Shown: positions 45,312 to 60,313 of the stretch, in pieces | How the letters are laid out: every line of letters starts with the position of its first letter | Position numbering within the stretch: position 1 is the stretch's first letter | Assembly: GCA_000320545.1 (NCBI GenBank) | Contig: ADNK01001076.1 | Coordinates: 186,001-250,000, forward strand | From: Bigelowiella natans CCMP2755 | Taxonomy: Eukaryota > Protista > Cercozoa | Direction of reading: 5' to 3' | Length of the DNA stretch: 64,000 nt | Notes under the pieces: generated by a model | The model's database searches: none | What the model was told of the DNA's origin: nothing | The model's input: the letters and a program-made list of their open reading frames with translations, nothing else | Made by a program: the position numbers and the translations under genes

Positions 45312-45869
45312 GACTATTCCAGGTTCTCCTTTCCCACTTCCTCCTTCTCGTAGTACCTCACCACCAAATTGTTGTTGTTGTTGCTGTTCTCTCTCCAACT
45401 GCTGCAATATTGCCAACGCCAGCAATTCATATGTTACAGAAGTGGGGTTTAAACCCAGTCTTGGCATGATTTTCGTGACAATATGTTGGGACCCAAGCCA
45501 AGCTTCTGATTCTTCTGCCTTGTTGCAACTACGGAGAGCCTACGACGTACAACAACAACAACAAGAAGAAGAAGAAGAAGAGAAATAAAAATGGGCAGGA
45601 AGAATAAAAGGACGAACAACTCACTTTTTTTGTCTTTTTTACTCATGGAAAAAACGAGATGATTAAGGCGAGGTTTTCGATCGTTAACGTCAAGAGAAAA
45701 CATGAAGAGGAGGAAAGAAATTAACACTCCCTTGGTCTTTTTCCCTGGTAAGTAAATATTAATATTCTCACTTTTGTCATTATTATTATTATCATTATTA
45801 TTATTATTATAATTACTACCGAATGTATAGATTGAAGAGTGAAATGGTGAGCGGGGACTTTAAGTGATA

Positions 45870-45903
<34 letters not shown>

Positions 45904-46531
45904 CGATGAATAACGAGACAGTGACGGTGCTGATACTACTGCTGATGAATGCGAAGGCGATAGTAACAGTGATGAAGATGATGCTTTCTCGTTAGTTTGG
46001 GAGTCTTGGCTTTGTTTTGAGGTGCTGTCCGCTGCAGCTTGCTTTTTCCCCCCTTGTTCTTGTTCTTGTTCTTCTATTTGTATTGGGTTGTCGTCGAGAA
46101 ATGCTACTGCTTGTTTCCATTCCTGAGAGGCTTCTAGAGCGTGCATCTAAAGAGAAGTCAATATTATTACTCTTATAAAATTATGTTGTTGTTGTTGTTG
46201 TTGTTGATGATGATGATGATAATGGGGAAGAAAATTTCGAAGGATAAATGAAGAAAGAGCATCATTGGATGAACAGGTAGTAGTAAACGACGTCGCGATC
46301 ATCATCATTATCATCATCATCATCATCATTAGTCACACTCACATACTACCATACTGAGCACGGCTTTGGAGTCAGGTCCTCCTCCTCCTCCTCTTTCTTT
46401 TTCCATCTCGAGCATCATTCTCTGAAATATCTTTAGAGATTGTTCCCATCGACCCAATCTTCCTGCTAGCTGAATGGCTGCTGTGCGGACTACACGTGCA
46501 TCTGCAGCAGCACCTACTGCACTGCTACTCT

Positions 46532-46563
<32 letters not shown>

Positions 46564-49380
46564 TGATAATTATGTTGTTGTTGACGCCGACGACCAACAT
46601 TATTTCCACTTGGACTGTTTTTGTTGTTGTTGTCGTTATTGTGTCGTCTTTTGTGATTTTGATCGCCAAGGCGGTGATGCTTGTTTTCAAACTGCTGCTC
46701 ACTGTCTTTTCTCACCGCAGTAGAGGAGGATGAGGAGGATGAGGAGAATGGGTCAAATATATAGTTATTCTGTTTGTTGCTGGTGGTGGTGCTGGTGGTG
46801 GTATGATGATCTTCTTCGAACCATTGATATACCTCTAGTGCATCCTCGTAGAGACCGTGTGATGATAATGCCTGAGACAATAGGAATGTTAGTAATAACA
46901 ATTATCATAATAAGAAATGAAGATAACGAATGACGAAAGATGATAGGGATTGCCGTAGGAGGAGAAGGAAGTGAAAGGAAGATGAGGAGACTACAAAGTA
47001 TGTTGTGTGATGTACCATTATGTTATGATAATGACGATAATGGGTATGAGATTTTGGTGACGACGTCAATGACGACAATATACATTAACTGAAATCAAAT
47101 TTATGGTTCTTTCCTAAAAAACATCATCATCATCATGATCATCATCATCATCATCATCCCAAAGATGATTAAGAAGTGAAGTAGTCACTCTCTTCTTCTT
47201 CTTCTTCTTCTTCATCTTCTTCTAGCACAAACCTTCATAGTAAGTGAGTAGGTGTAGGCGTCCATGGTGCTAGTACAGCTACTGCTACTGCTACTGCTGC
47301 TGCTGCTGCTACTACTACTCCTTAGGTATCTTAGCATCTCTTTGGCCTCCCTTCCTGTGCAGCTGTTTCCTCCTCCTCCTCCTCCTCCTCCTCCTCCTCC
47401 CTCTTCGCAAGCAAGTACACGCATGAGTGCATTGAGAGCTTCTGTTTTGGTTTCAGCATATCGTTTTTGTCCCTGTCCGTCAAGAAGAGGCGGTAGTAAA
47501 TGTATTGCTTCTTTTGCCAACCTTGCAAGGGAAGGAGATAGTGTCTGAGGAAGTGCGGCACTGCTGGTGGAAGAAGAAGATGATGATGGTGATGATGGTG
47601 ATGATGATAATGGCAATGAAGAGGAGCTTCGTTGCTTAAGGCGTGCATAAACAGCAGCAGCAAGGGCAGGATGTCCCCCTCTTCCAGATACTACTTCGCT
47701 GCTTTCTCCAGCAGCAGATGTGATTGAGGAGGAGGAGGAGGAGGAGGAGGAGGAGGAGGAGGGGGAGCAGGAATTGATGACCTCCACGTAAGTCGTAGTA
47801 TCAGGTGTAAGGGCATGTTCTGATAGCTTCCATAGCACTTTGAGTGCCTTGTCCCATTCTCCATTGCGCGCATAGCACTTAAGCAGCCCGTTATATATCA
47901 CTGTATTCGGTTTCACGGTAGCTGCAGCAGCAGATTCTTTAATAAGCCTTTCCGCTATATCGGCACGATTGTTATTTGAGAGAGCTAATACGACCGCACC
48001 TAAGGCTTTGACATCTGCAGCAGCACTACTCAACCCCTTTCTTTTTGTTGTTGTTATAGTCTCCTGAAGATAATTGGTAATATGATGAGTAAGTGAGGGA
48101 AGGCTGTACACGACGACGACGAAAACACGGTAATATTACGGATAATAATTGCTAAAACCGTAGGAAGAGAAGAAGAAAAAAAGGAAATAGTGCGGGTTTG
48201 TTGCTGCTGCAGATAATGATGATGACGATAATGATGAGAAGAAGGGGAGGAGGAGGAAAGGAGAAGAGTCATCAGACACGACGACAAACTCTTGCGCTGA
48301 AATTTATTCGGTAAGAAATGACAATCAAAATAATAGAGATTATGATACACAAAGTCGTTGATGTATATTTGTGCATCACCTCTTTGGCATAATTATTGTT
48401 GTTTCTCCTGCTCCTTTCAGATGATGATGAAAGGTGTAATTTTCTGTTGGCGTGAATACTCTCAAGAGATCGGTACGTTTGCAGTGCCTTAACAAGAAAA
48501 GAAAGGTGAGAGGTGGAGGTGAGCAGGAATTTAGGACAATAACTTTTATTTCTCGAAATAATTAATTATGAGGAAAGCTAGCATATAAATATTATGTTGA
48601 CAGTATTGATTAGGATGATGATGATGATCAGCATACCGATTCCCAGTCGCCCTTCTCCGCGTAGATAGGTATCATGGCTGTAAGAGTTACAGCATTTGCG
48701 GATATGCCTTCTTGTCTCATCCTCATATACACTCTCCTTGCTGCATCAGGCTGGCCATTTTGCACACAAGCTGTGATCATTGTGGAATATGTGTACACGT
48801 CTGGCTGCGATGAAGCTTCTCGCATCAATCCCGCAACACCAAGTGCACGTTTCCACATGCCTCCTCTTGACATTGCATGTGCAAAGGCATTGAAGACGTA
48901 GGGAGAGATAATGACCTCGTGTTGATGACCACCATCACAGTGATCTTCAAAGTATTTCAACGCATGCTCCCAGACACGCGCCTTAGCACATGCAGAGAGT
49001 ACCTAAATCGTTATAAAGATAACATCATATTTATGTTTTTACTTCTTCTGGATATATGGATGGTAAGAGCATTGATGGTGAGATTGTAAAATCCACAAAA
49101 AGAGGATATGATACCGATGAATGTGAATAACTGTCTGGCGTCAGGCTTGGTCTCTTTCTTGCCATTTTTCTCATCTCCTTAGCGAGCTGTAGCGCTTGAA
49201 ACCATTGCCCAGACTAAGTGATAAATGTGGTATTATTATCAGAGTTTGTAAGAATAGTGGTGGTGGTAGTAGCAGTAGTAGTATTAATAGCAGTAGGGAA
49301 CAACGATAACTACAACACCTACTGCTGCTACCAGCTAATACTGCTGTCACACTACACAGCATGTTTACTACTACTACTGT

Positions 49381-49413
<33 letters not shown>

Positions 49414-50642
49414 GTCGGTCCCATAACCTTGGCAAGAGCAGCGAGAGCTGCATTATAGGCAAATAGATCGGGGGAAGGCAGCCTCCTCCTTTCATTGTCG
49501 ATCTCTTCCTCCTGCTGCTGCTGCTGCTTCTTCTTCTCTCCCTTCTTAACTCCTCTCCCTATCTTCGGAGTGGTCATAATCCCACGCAAAGTTCGCAATG
49601 CGGCTGCCCAATGCCCCCTTTTCCCGTGCTCGACGATCAGTTGTGTGTGCTTTTTCATCATCATCTCCTCATTGTAAAACGCAACAGCTCCTCCTGCTCC
49701 TATTGCTGTGGTTTCCTCCTCTTGACTCTTCCTCAGTATTCCTTCCCTCGTACTACTACTACTACTACTACTACTACTTCCACTAATAACCTCTCTTCTA
49801 ACATTGTTGGTCCTACTACTGAGGATGCTGCTGCTGCTGCTACCACCAACCCCCGGAGGCTGGTAATTGTTGCGAGGAAGATTTGGAGATAATGATGATG
49901 ATGAGCCAACAACTCGAGTAGGTGGCGATGATGATGATGAGGATGATGATGATGATGATGATGGTGATACTGATGCACCTCTTCTTCTAAAACCCACTAC
50001 TCCCCTGCCCCCTCTTGTGCCCCCCCCCTTTAACTTTTGATCAATCCATGTTGCAGAGGAAGAAGTAAGAGTGCTACTATCTTGGCTACTTCTGGTACTG
50101 GTGGAGTAAGCAGTATCTGATTCTTCTTTATTCTCAGTCCCACTTATGTTAGGAACACCATTATGAAAATTTCGGCGGTTAGTTCCTTGGGTCGCATTTG
50201 GTTTCGAATCTGAGGAACGTGGTTCCCACATTTGCCGGCGACGACCCGATGTGGAAGAAAAGGAAGAAGAATCCATTAGTCCTCCTCCCATAGCCATAGC
50301 CGAGGGGGGGGGTGGAGCAGTTCGAGGAGGAGGAGGAGGAGGAGGAGGAGGACGATTGGACTCACTTCCTTGCTGCTGGTGGACGTGTGGCTTTGTAGTG
50401 CGAAAGAAAGGATGGTGCGGATGGGATGTTTTTAGGAAGACACTGTGATGATGATGATGGTGATGATTGTGATCATCTTCCTTCTCTTCTTCTACTACAC
50501 CACTTCCTGTCGCCTCCTGTTTGGTTGTGTATGCTGCATTAAGATCTTCCTTCGCCATGACTTGAGGTTGTCCCTATTATTATCATATTTATTATCGGTT
50601 AGTTAATAAATAAAACTATGGGTTTACTAATCGTAATAGTTG

Positions 50643-50680
<38 letters not shown>

Positions 50681-51134
50681 GGGTGCGTGGTAGTATCGAT
50701 CTTCTCACAAATTTCGGTACTCTAGTAGGACATGCGTCAAGATCCATTATTCATGTGGGGGTTGGTTATTGTGTCATGTATCTCGTACGTGAACAAGCAC
50801 ATCATCCGGAGTATGTGCTACTTGACGCCTTGTTGGCGGGTGTGAGTCCACGAGCCCATAGATTTGATGATGCTTCCCAAAATTACCACCAGCACAAGGC
50901 GTATTCTTGTGTCCCGGAAAAAGATTCTCACTCTTTAATCGGGCTGCTGTATCATCAGCACCTTTCCGACTAAGAGATAAGAGGGAATAATGAACGAATC
51001 ACAACTACAAATTTAGCTCCCCCCCCTTCCCCCACACAACCAAAAATTTCAAATTAGTCTACGCTATTTCACACAAGTTGCAGGGTAACACATGGCTACT
51101 GTAACAGAACATGATGATTCGGTTTCTCGCAGAT

Positions 51135-51174
<40 letters not shown>

Positions 51175-51590
51175 GTTTCTTTTTCTTTGACATCGCATTT
51201 TTTTCTAGAAAATTTCGGTTTCTATAAATCACATGGATTGGACCTGGAAAAGATGGCGATTATGTTTGGGCGAGCGGGACGGGTCGCGGAGCTCAATGCT
51301 GTGTTGCTACGGATGAACGGTGAATGTCTGTGCTTTGAAGCGAAGTACCTCTGGCTCACATTAGAACTCGAAGGAGCATCAAGAATTATAAAACATAGAG
51401 ATATGAATGCCACGATCAGGCCCGGTATCAGCACCGGACAAGATGAAGATGGCAATAGCCGGATTTCGGAGTTAAAAAGTGGCACGTGGTTGATATATTC
51501 CGATAATTTGTCTCGTAGCTTTGACCCCTCAGGTTTCCTGCTATCCCCGAACCAGCCCCATCCCGTGAGTCCACGAGTGGCTCGCATCAT
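44753..51590 (-). CDS. Pentatricopeptide repeat (PPR) protein, multi-exon, probably organelle (plastid)-targeted
   Basis: PPR motifs PDLFAYNAALAALAK|SGQWFQALQL, PYVFNAFAHAMSRGGMWKRALGV, PDVYTYSTMITACVQNGQPDAARRVYMRM, PNTVIYNGLLKCYARNGEWDKALKVL, and GLNPTSVTYELL. The 5' exon has the hydrophobic stretch LIPGLIVAFISLCFIIL followed by an S/R-rich segment. Both ends are approximate. Confidence 0.85.
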
Positions 51591-52457
51591 CACGTAATGC
51601 CAGGTAAGAGTGGCACAGAACGAGCGAGGGATTGGTGGTGCTAAGCCTTTGTTCCGCAATTTCTAGAGTCTAAATGTTTGAACATAAATTGACGAAGAAT
51701 GAAAACCCTTTGTCATTCTATACGAAATATTTGGCATATTCATGTCGTAAGTATAATATGAACGCCTCATTCCCTCAAAGAACTTTTAATTTATGTCTTA
51801 GTCCTCCATTCAGTTTGTCCTGGCTTGTCGTATATGCTGACAATTTTGCGATGGAAAGGCAGTAATCTTTATGACGTATCCCAAAAACATAATCAGTTCT
51901 CCTTTTTTTTTGGTTGTCGCAATATTTGTATTTATGTACGTTTGCTTGTCGTTCTACTTCCGCCACTGCGATGTAAGATCAAAATATTATGCTGTTCACC
52001 ATGGGGCTGAAGCGTTTTGGAGGTCAACGGCAAGAAAAGCTGGGAATCATCACATATAACCAGCTCGGATTTGCAGATTTAGTCGGTTGAAATGTTAAAA
52101 TACGTAGTAAAATCTTCTGACAGAACAATGAGAATATGATTGAAATTGAACGGCTTCTCTTGTAAAATATTGATGATCATCATCATCCGATGACAAGAGG
52201 CGATTTTCACGGTAATTTCATTAGATCTACGTTGTCATATTACGAGATCTCATTTTCCAAAAATCCCACCTGGGAAAAACTCATGACAATGAATACGAGA
52301 GCACAGGATCAAGCAAGAACATGCAAATAACAGAGTTTGAAGTCCACAAGTCTACCCTTCTCCGTCCTTCTTCTTCTTTGTACGGCAGGCAGTACATCTA
52401 GGCTATTTGAGGAAGAAGACAAAAGGAGGAGAATTTGTGTGTTGCGTCAACAATGTC

Positions 52458-53150
52458 ATGCTATTTTTCAAAATGCTTCGCTCCTACAATAAGAGCAATG
52501 GCGTCCCCAGAAGAAGCTTGTGGTGGCTCGTTGGACTCGGAACCCTGATCGCATCCGTTCTGATTTTTAAAATAGCTATATCACAAGAGGGTAATAAACT
52601 ATTTTTTGATTCTTGCATTGAATGTGCCTAATGGGATGATGAGACTGGAAACTTCTTTTACAACCTAAATGCTTTCGCATGACTTCATGTACGAGCACGC
52701 ATGGTTATGTATGCTGCTGAGAAAGTTCATACCTCGGGGGTAATAAAAAGTAGCTTATGTAAATGCTACATATTTCATGCGATTGTGTCACGACGATTCT
52801 GGTAGAATTTGCTATAACAAGAAGAAGTAGCATTAGATTGAATACAATCATTTTTGAAAACTGTTGCGAGATTGCAGACCTTAGAGCGTAGAATGAAAAA
52901 TATTATCATTTTGTTATGCCCAATACTAGCCATCGGACTTTCTGCGCCCTCAAATATTGCCAACAGCGGCCAACGGGTACCCCTTGCTTCTGGTTTCAAG
53001 AAACACCAATTACAACGTAGCAGCAGCAGGAATAGTCCAAGAAGATGTTCCCTTCCACGTGTGTATGCATCTGCTACGATACCTGCAGATAAGAAGCGGG
53101 TATAGCTTAGCTTGTTATGATGATTTCACCCTACATGCTCCTTGTTAGTG

Positions 53151-53188
<38 letters not shown>

Positions 53189-53903
53189 AGGGGAGGGTAG
53201 AGGGGTACTTGATGCTTTTTATTCTCTCCAATAAGATATTTTAAATTGTACTTGATGCTTTTTATTCTCGCCAATAAGATATTTTAAATTGTACTTGATG
53301 CTTTTTATTCTCCCCAATAAGGTATTTTAAACTTATTTTCCCTCCTTTTGCACTTTAATCTCTTTTGATACTCTTCTGTTATTCATTTGATGCTGTAAGG
53401 TTACCGTTGTGGGCGGCACAGGATACATTGGAAAGTTCGTCGTAAACGAGCTCGCAAATAGAGGGTGTGTGTTGTTGTTTAGTGTTGTCTTTTATGGAAC
53501 AAAATAAAGAGGGTGCAAGTCAGTTTAGTTTTTTGTGAATGTAAACTGATGATCAACTGCTATCTCAAATCTAGAGGAAGGAGAAATTGCAGAAGATACG
53601 ATCAGAATTAGGAATAGCTGATTAATTCAATAGTTAGTGAAAATAAGGGTTGCTTCGATGCACCAAATGCAGAATCCATAGTTTCATCTCTCTTTTCTTC
53701 TTTCACTCGATTGATAGGTACGATGTCACGGCTATCGTTCGAGAGCGGTATACTACTACGATATCATAATCGATGAGAAATCTTCGAGAGGATTAGATAT
53801 TTTCATTGGGTCGCTCTTTGTTTTGCACCACAAACGGCAAGTGTTGAGTGGTGGTATGTGTATACGTGGGGAGGGGGGCAGGGGGGTGGGGGGGCATTTG
53901 GCT

Positions 53904-53943
<40 letters not shown>

Positions 53944-54320
53944 ATCATACTTAGTGATATCATTGTTTAACCCAAATGCTAGTCATCATCACTGACGAAA
54001 TGCTATTACTGCTACTACTACTACTACAGTTCAGGTGTTGGCGGTAAATCCAATCTGGATGACGTGATGAAGGGCTTCGCTCAAGGTGTAAAGGTCATTG
54101 CTGGGGATGTTACTGATAAGGCAAAGTTGGACGCTGTTATGCCCGAAACCGATGTCGTAGTATCGTGCCTTGCAAGCAGGTAGTAAAACCACCACCACCA
54201 CCACCTCTTATAATTATAACCACACATCAAAGTGCTAGTTTATATTGGGAACGTGCCCTTCTCGCCCAACGGTGGCTATTTAATATACTGATGCATCTAC
54301 AACGACAGCATTAACACGCG

Positions 54321-54404
<84 letters not shown>

Positions 54405-55950
54405 TGAAGCTTCGTTATCATTTTCTTCTTCTTCTTCGTTTTTAGAATGGTTGTTGATGTTGTTGTTGTGATCTGGAAAGGACTGGTGGCATCCAGGACT
54501 CATGGTTGATCGATTATGAAGCAACCAAGAACAGTATGAATAGCGGCAAGGGTAGTAGTAGTAGTGGTAGTAGTAGTAGTAGTAGAGGCATCCAGTAGTA
54601 TGCGATATAATAATGATAATAATAATAATAATAATAATAATAATAGCAGCTCACTAGCAGTTAATGTACTAGTAGCAGCAGCACAATAGTAGTTGTTACA
54701 GTGTGGATGGATGGATGGATGGATAATGATTAAGGGTGCTTTTTTCTATCTTTTGTAAATGTAATTTTGCTCTTCTTCTTCTTCTTCTTCTTCTTTTGTA
54801 AATGTAATTTTGCTCTTCTTCTTCTTCTTCTTCTTCTTCTTCTTCTTGAAAATAATATCCCCCTTCTCTCTTTTGAATCATCCTTCAGAGAAAGGTGCGA
54901 CGCAGTTTGTACTTCTTTCCGCCATTTGCGTGCAGAAGCCGCTACTCGAGTTTCAAAGAGCCAAGCTGCGCTTTGAAGAAGTAGTAATCGTAGTAGCTTT
55001 TACTAATCTGTAGTTGTACGCATCACCGTCACCATCATCATCATCATCACCACCACCACCACCTATTCCATCCTTCCCTAATAACATTATTATAGTACTA
55101 CGCAACACTGTTTTATTATTGTTGTTATTATTATTATTATATCTATCGTATACTTCATCATCACCATCATCATTATCATAGAGTAGGAGTTTGAATAAAG
55201 TCTTTTGTCGTCTTCGTCTCCATAGCACCCTTGCAGTGCTACTTAAGATTTTTATGATGAATGGTATCATTGCTGTTTTTCAGGAATTGATGAATTCCGG
55301 GCTAGATTACTCCATTGTACGCCCTACTGCCTTCTTTAAGTCGCTTGCAGGACAGATCGAAAACGTCAAAAATGGTTGACAGTAATTGTCTATCTGTACA
55401 ACTGTTCATCTGTATGTCCGTTGCTTCTTGCTCGGTCGTCGTCGTCGTCGTCGTCATTGTTCCGACCGTATAAAGTATTCCAAGTTGTTGAGAAAAATGG
55501 AGAGAGAGGGCAGGGGAATTTGCAGCAGCTCCGTCAGTCGTCACTTTTCTACTACAACTACAACACAATATTTTCCTAATTTTGTCATCACTTCTTCTAC
55601 TACAACTATAACACACTATTTCCTACTGCTACTGCTGCTACTACTACTACTACTACTACTACTACTGCAAACACTATTTCTTCCTCCTCCTACTGCTGCT
55701 ACTCCCTTCTTCTCTGCCTATTCCTGGAAACATCCTTATCCTTCTACTCCTCCTCCTCCACTTATTATCATTGCTAAAATTAATATTTTCGTGCATATCA
55801 TTAGTATTATTGCTGTTATTATTATCCTCCTAGATATAGATGATGATGATGATGATGAATGTCAGGAGGCCCATATGTGATGTTTGGTGACGGGGAGTTA
55901 GCCGCATGCAAGCCCATCAGCGAAAGGTGGTATTTTTATTATTATTTATC

Positions 55951-55981
<31 letters not shown>

Positions 55982-57063
55982 TGTGGATGATAATATTAAA
56001 ACAATCAATCAAATATATACTAATTCTTCTTCTTCTTCTTCTTGTTCAAACTACTACTACTACTACTACCCAATACAGAGACCTTGCTTCATACATGGCA
56101 GAGTGTATCACAGATTCCTCACTTCAGAATAAGATCTTGCCAATCGGAGGGCCTGGTGAAGCACTTACACCTTTGCAGCAGTCTGAGATACTCTTCCAAG
56201 CTGCGGGTGTCCCTCCCAACACAATCAAGGTGTTGCTAATCGATCATTATCATCATTGTCAAAATCATTGTCATCATCATCATATTATATTATTCTTCTT
56301 CTTACTTCTAGGTCCCGATTCAGATTATGGATGGTGCGATTTGGGTGTTTGATCAGCTTGCAAAGGTAGGTAGGTAGGTAGGTAGGTAGGTAGGTAGCTC
56401 TGCTGTTACAGGATATAATATCACTGCATACATATGACATCATCATTGACCAATAGCAATGATAAGTACTAGTAGTAGAACTCAAGATTCACTAAGTCAT
56501 TTCTTCCTTCCCCTCTCCTCTATGGTTGCTGTTAAATCTAAGGTCTTCAAAAACCTCGAAGATGCTGCCGAATTTGCCAAGATTGGAAGGTGATAATAGA
56601 AATGAATATGATAAGAACCTATGGTTGTCATGATGATGATGATGATGATACAGAAGAAGAAGAACAAGAGTAATAATATAGCTCTCCAGAATGAATTCAT
56701 TCGTGGCTTCTTAATATTAAAGTTTCAACTACTATTATATTTTTTGGTTTAATTTGGATAAATATAATTATTTAACATAATAAACAAACGTATATATTTA
56801 TACGCCTTAATATGTGCAATTGCAGCTCTTCATAATGACATATTGGGTGCGAACCAAAAATGATGATATTTACGATGCGAATGAGATAATTTATCAATTA
56901 TGTACCTTTGGCTACTACAGATATTACGCCGCCGAAAGTATGTTGATGTTGGACGATAAAGGACAATATAATTCAGAGATTACGCCGAGCTACGGCAACG
57001 ACACTCTTCAGGTATTAATCAAATAACTATCTTATCGATATGTCCACACGTTTCTCTCACTCA

Positions 57064-57101
<38 letters not shown>

Positions 57102-57214
57102 TAATATATGATTTATATTACCAAAAGGATTTTTTTGAGAACTCAATTAAGTATGGACTGAAGGGACAGGAATTGGGCGACCAGGCTGTTTTTGGAATTA
57201 ATAAGAAAGACTAG
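52458..57214 (+). CDS. DVR: Divinyl chlorophyllide a 8-vinyl reductase (NADPH/NmrA-type), plastid-targeted, ~14 exons
   Basis: Spliced exons [32 protein letters not shown]|[102 protein letters not shown]|[17 protein letters not shown] and [13 protein letters not shown] (stop at 57214). N-terminal signal plus transit peptide. Confidence 0.93.
53205..53331 (+). repeat. Intronic 43-bp tandem repeat x3
   Basis: gtacttgatgctttttattctcNccaataagatattttaaatt at 53205, 53248 and 53291. Confidence 0.9.
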
Positions 57215-57559
57215 CTCAAGAACACCATATTACGAATGAATTCGCTGTAATCTAGAATTTACTATGATGTTGCATGAAACGCGGAAAATATTCCAGGCGA
57301 AGAGGAAGATTAAACTCCAACATGTCAATGTATCGTAATAAATATCATCAAGTAAAAATCAGGAGATTCTAATACACACAGACACAAATTCTTGAGCGTG
57401 CATTTACGACATAGTATATGCGTCCTATGGACTACTTGCTATCAAAATGTGTGCTACGGCTACGACTACACCATCTAGAACACTTAATGTGCTCTTGGTT
57501 GACAACAAATGTAACGGTAGCAACACGCTTGATTGACAAGCAGCCGTAAATAGGGCATC

Positions 57560-58846
57560 AAGGTGTGGTGTGCATGGCGTACGAATGCATGTGCATGTGT
57601 AAGACGTACCTAGGTACGGGTGCAATGCAATCAAATTGAATTTGTTCAATGGTTATCCTCATGTAGCTGTGCAACAAGCGGCCACAGTGCTAATGTTTAA
57701 TCTGTTGGTCTCCGCTATGATGTGTTTCATGCAATCAAATGCATGTTATTTCGGTCTTGAATGTCGCACATTTCGTGTAGCAGGGCACGTTTCCTTCTCA
57801 AGGCAATAAGTCAATGTTTTCGTTTCATCGTCACGCATCACCACGTGGCAGTGAGCTGATTCCTCAAGCAGCGTTGATGTGTGGCGTGCAATGGGCAAGG
57901 AAGCAAATGATCCACATCTTCAATGACGTTGCGCACGCTGCGCAGCGTGCTTTGTCTGCAGTGCACAATCCTCTTGAAAGTTTGAAGTTGCCACTGTTGC
58001 CGACACCCCCATGCTAGCATGATGTAGCAACACTAGGCAGCTTGAGCCTGTGTGCGCACAGCTCTTTTGTCTTGCACACATTGAACCGATGATCCAGCAG
58101 GGGATGGATGCACAAGAACTGGAAGGCATGAATGCCCAACTCTAGATCACCCTAGACCTGCTTGCCTGCATGCATGCCAGAATGCCCATGCATGTACCTA
58201 CACTGAGTGCATGAGACTTATTGCGGACGTTCGCGTGCATGCGCCCCAACATTTCAGCCACGGTAGCGCTGCTACCCAGATGCATCGCAGACGCATGCAT
58301 GCATGGTCTAGATGGCATGCACGTAGCTCATTAGCTCGAGTGTGGGTATCTCATTCCACACGTGCACATTGCAACAACTACGTGCACCGTTCATTCACAA
58401 CCTACATGTCATCTAGATTGTGCGGTGCGCATGCACCTCAGTGCATCGTGATTAGGTGCTGGATGAGTTGGCTGGCTAACCCAAGCGCCGCTGCTACGAT
58501 GAACACACATGTCATCAACTCAACTCATGTCTAGATCCATGCGCATCGCAGTAGTTGCGTTCAGAGTAGCATCAAATTTGTTGCTAACAAATTGTTTGAG
58601 AGTTTGTTCAGTTTTAAACATGGCGGCTTTTCTTCGGTGAGTCGACACATTTTGTCAATTATGCATGCTAGCATGCAACCGATCTAAAGATTCTGTTGAA
58701 TTTTTCTGGAATCATGTGAAACTGTAGTGCCAAACATCAATTTGGTGCAACAGTTTAATGATGTTTGCCGAACAAGGTCCAACTTTACAACACGTGATGC
58801 ATGCGATGCAACAACAAAATTTTTACTTCTAAATTTGTTTCCTCTG

Positions 58847-58891
<45 letters not shown>

Positions 58892-59090
58892 TACTGGCTC
58901 ATCACTTCCACGCTGTGACGGTACGTTGCCTGTTCCAATGCACGTTTCAATCAAGTGATTGTGATGAAGAAAAAAAAGTGAGTGCATTGCTAGAGTGATC
59001 CAACAAATCAAGGAAGGAGCATTGTCGTCACATTCAGGCGCATCTACCTGTGCGTGGTGCCATGAGGCTCTCATTTTAACTACAACTTGA
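57560..59090. other. TpA-depleted intergenic repeat tract with family A copy (57614-57675)
   Basis: Rich in tgca/catg/cacg; remaining TpA are mostly in TAG context (ctag, gtag, ttag). Confidence 0.7.
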
Positions 59091-59429
59091 AGAAGGAAAA
59101 AAACAAGATCAGAGGGGGAAAAGGGGGCGGTGGACGAAATGCGATAAGAGCGATGTACAACCACAAAAAGAAAAGTGAGGGTGAGGGGAAGGGGTTGGAA
59201 AATGGAGGAATGAAAGAAGAGTGAAGAATCAACATGAAATGAAAAATATCAAGGGAGGAGTCAGGAAGTGTTAAGATATATCATTGTGGAAGGAAGAAAG
59301 ATGATCATGTTGGTTGATGATCTCAGTTATGCTCCAACGAAATTAATTATATAATTAGTAATACGTCATAGTAACAAAAGCAAAACAAAAAGATTTATGG
59401 ACATCATCAGCATCATCATTGTTGTTGTC

Positions 59430-60214
59430 GTCCTACTTCTCCAGCAAGAGCCGATGCTAACGCTAAGCTGAGCACGCAAGTTGTTTTCTCATCATCCTAC
59501 AACATAAATTAGTAGCGGAAAAGTAGGATCACTGTTATATAAGCACCATCGACGACGAGAGTGTCTAGGAGGTGCTTCTTGCATTGATGCTACTATGTAT
59601 CTCATTTCAAGCATCATCATCATGGTGCTGGGAGGAGGAAAAGATTGACGACGACATAAGCTACTACACCTAAACACTCATGCCTCATCGTCGTTATCAT
59701 CGACGTTAAAAGTTATGACAACTTTACTGGAAATAGCAATACATGCAGTTGTTCCTTCAACGCTTATCATAAACATGGACTGCCCACGCAACATACTCTT
59801 CCTCCCACTGCAACTACTACTACTGGCAGTGTTTCAAGAAATGATTGGGCAGCTACTCGCTCTCTCCCCCCCCCTAACCCCCTCCCACCCTCTTTCTCTC
59901 TCTCTTGTAGTGAGTAGTAGTATTTGTACTACCATGGGATCCAACTTTGTTCCTTGTACATGTGCTATCATTCTGTATTATTATCAGAGGTACAGAACTT
60001 CTTCAGACATCATTTCGTATAGCAAAGTCAACTATCACGTGACACAATATTGTAACGAAAAAGGGCATGATTTCATAATAATATATGATAATAAAAATCA
60101 CTTTGATGGGATCCTGCTGCTGCTATTATCATTTTTGTCACAGTCATTCTTTGATCTCCGTAATTTTCGAAGAATCTGAGATAATTGTTATGTGTTTAAG
60201 CAAGTTAGTTTTCA

Positions 60215-60269
<55 letters not shown>

Positions 60270-60273
60270 GCAC

Positions 60274-60313
<40 letters not shown>

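Noticed and set aside
53205-53331. 43-bp repeats as CRISPR
   Set aside because: Head-to-tail with no spacers; inside a DVR intron.
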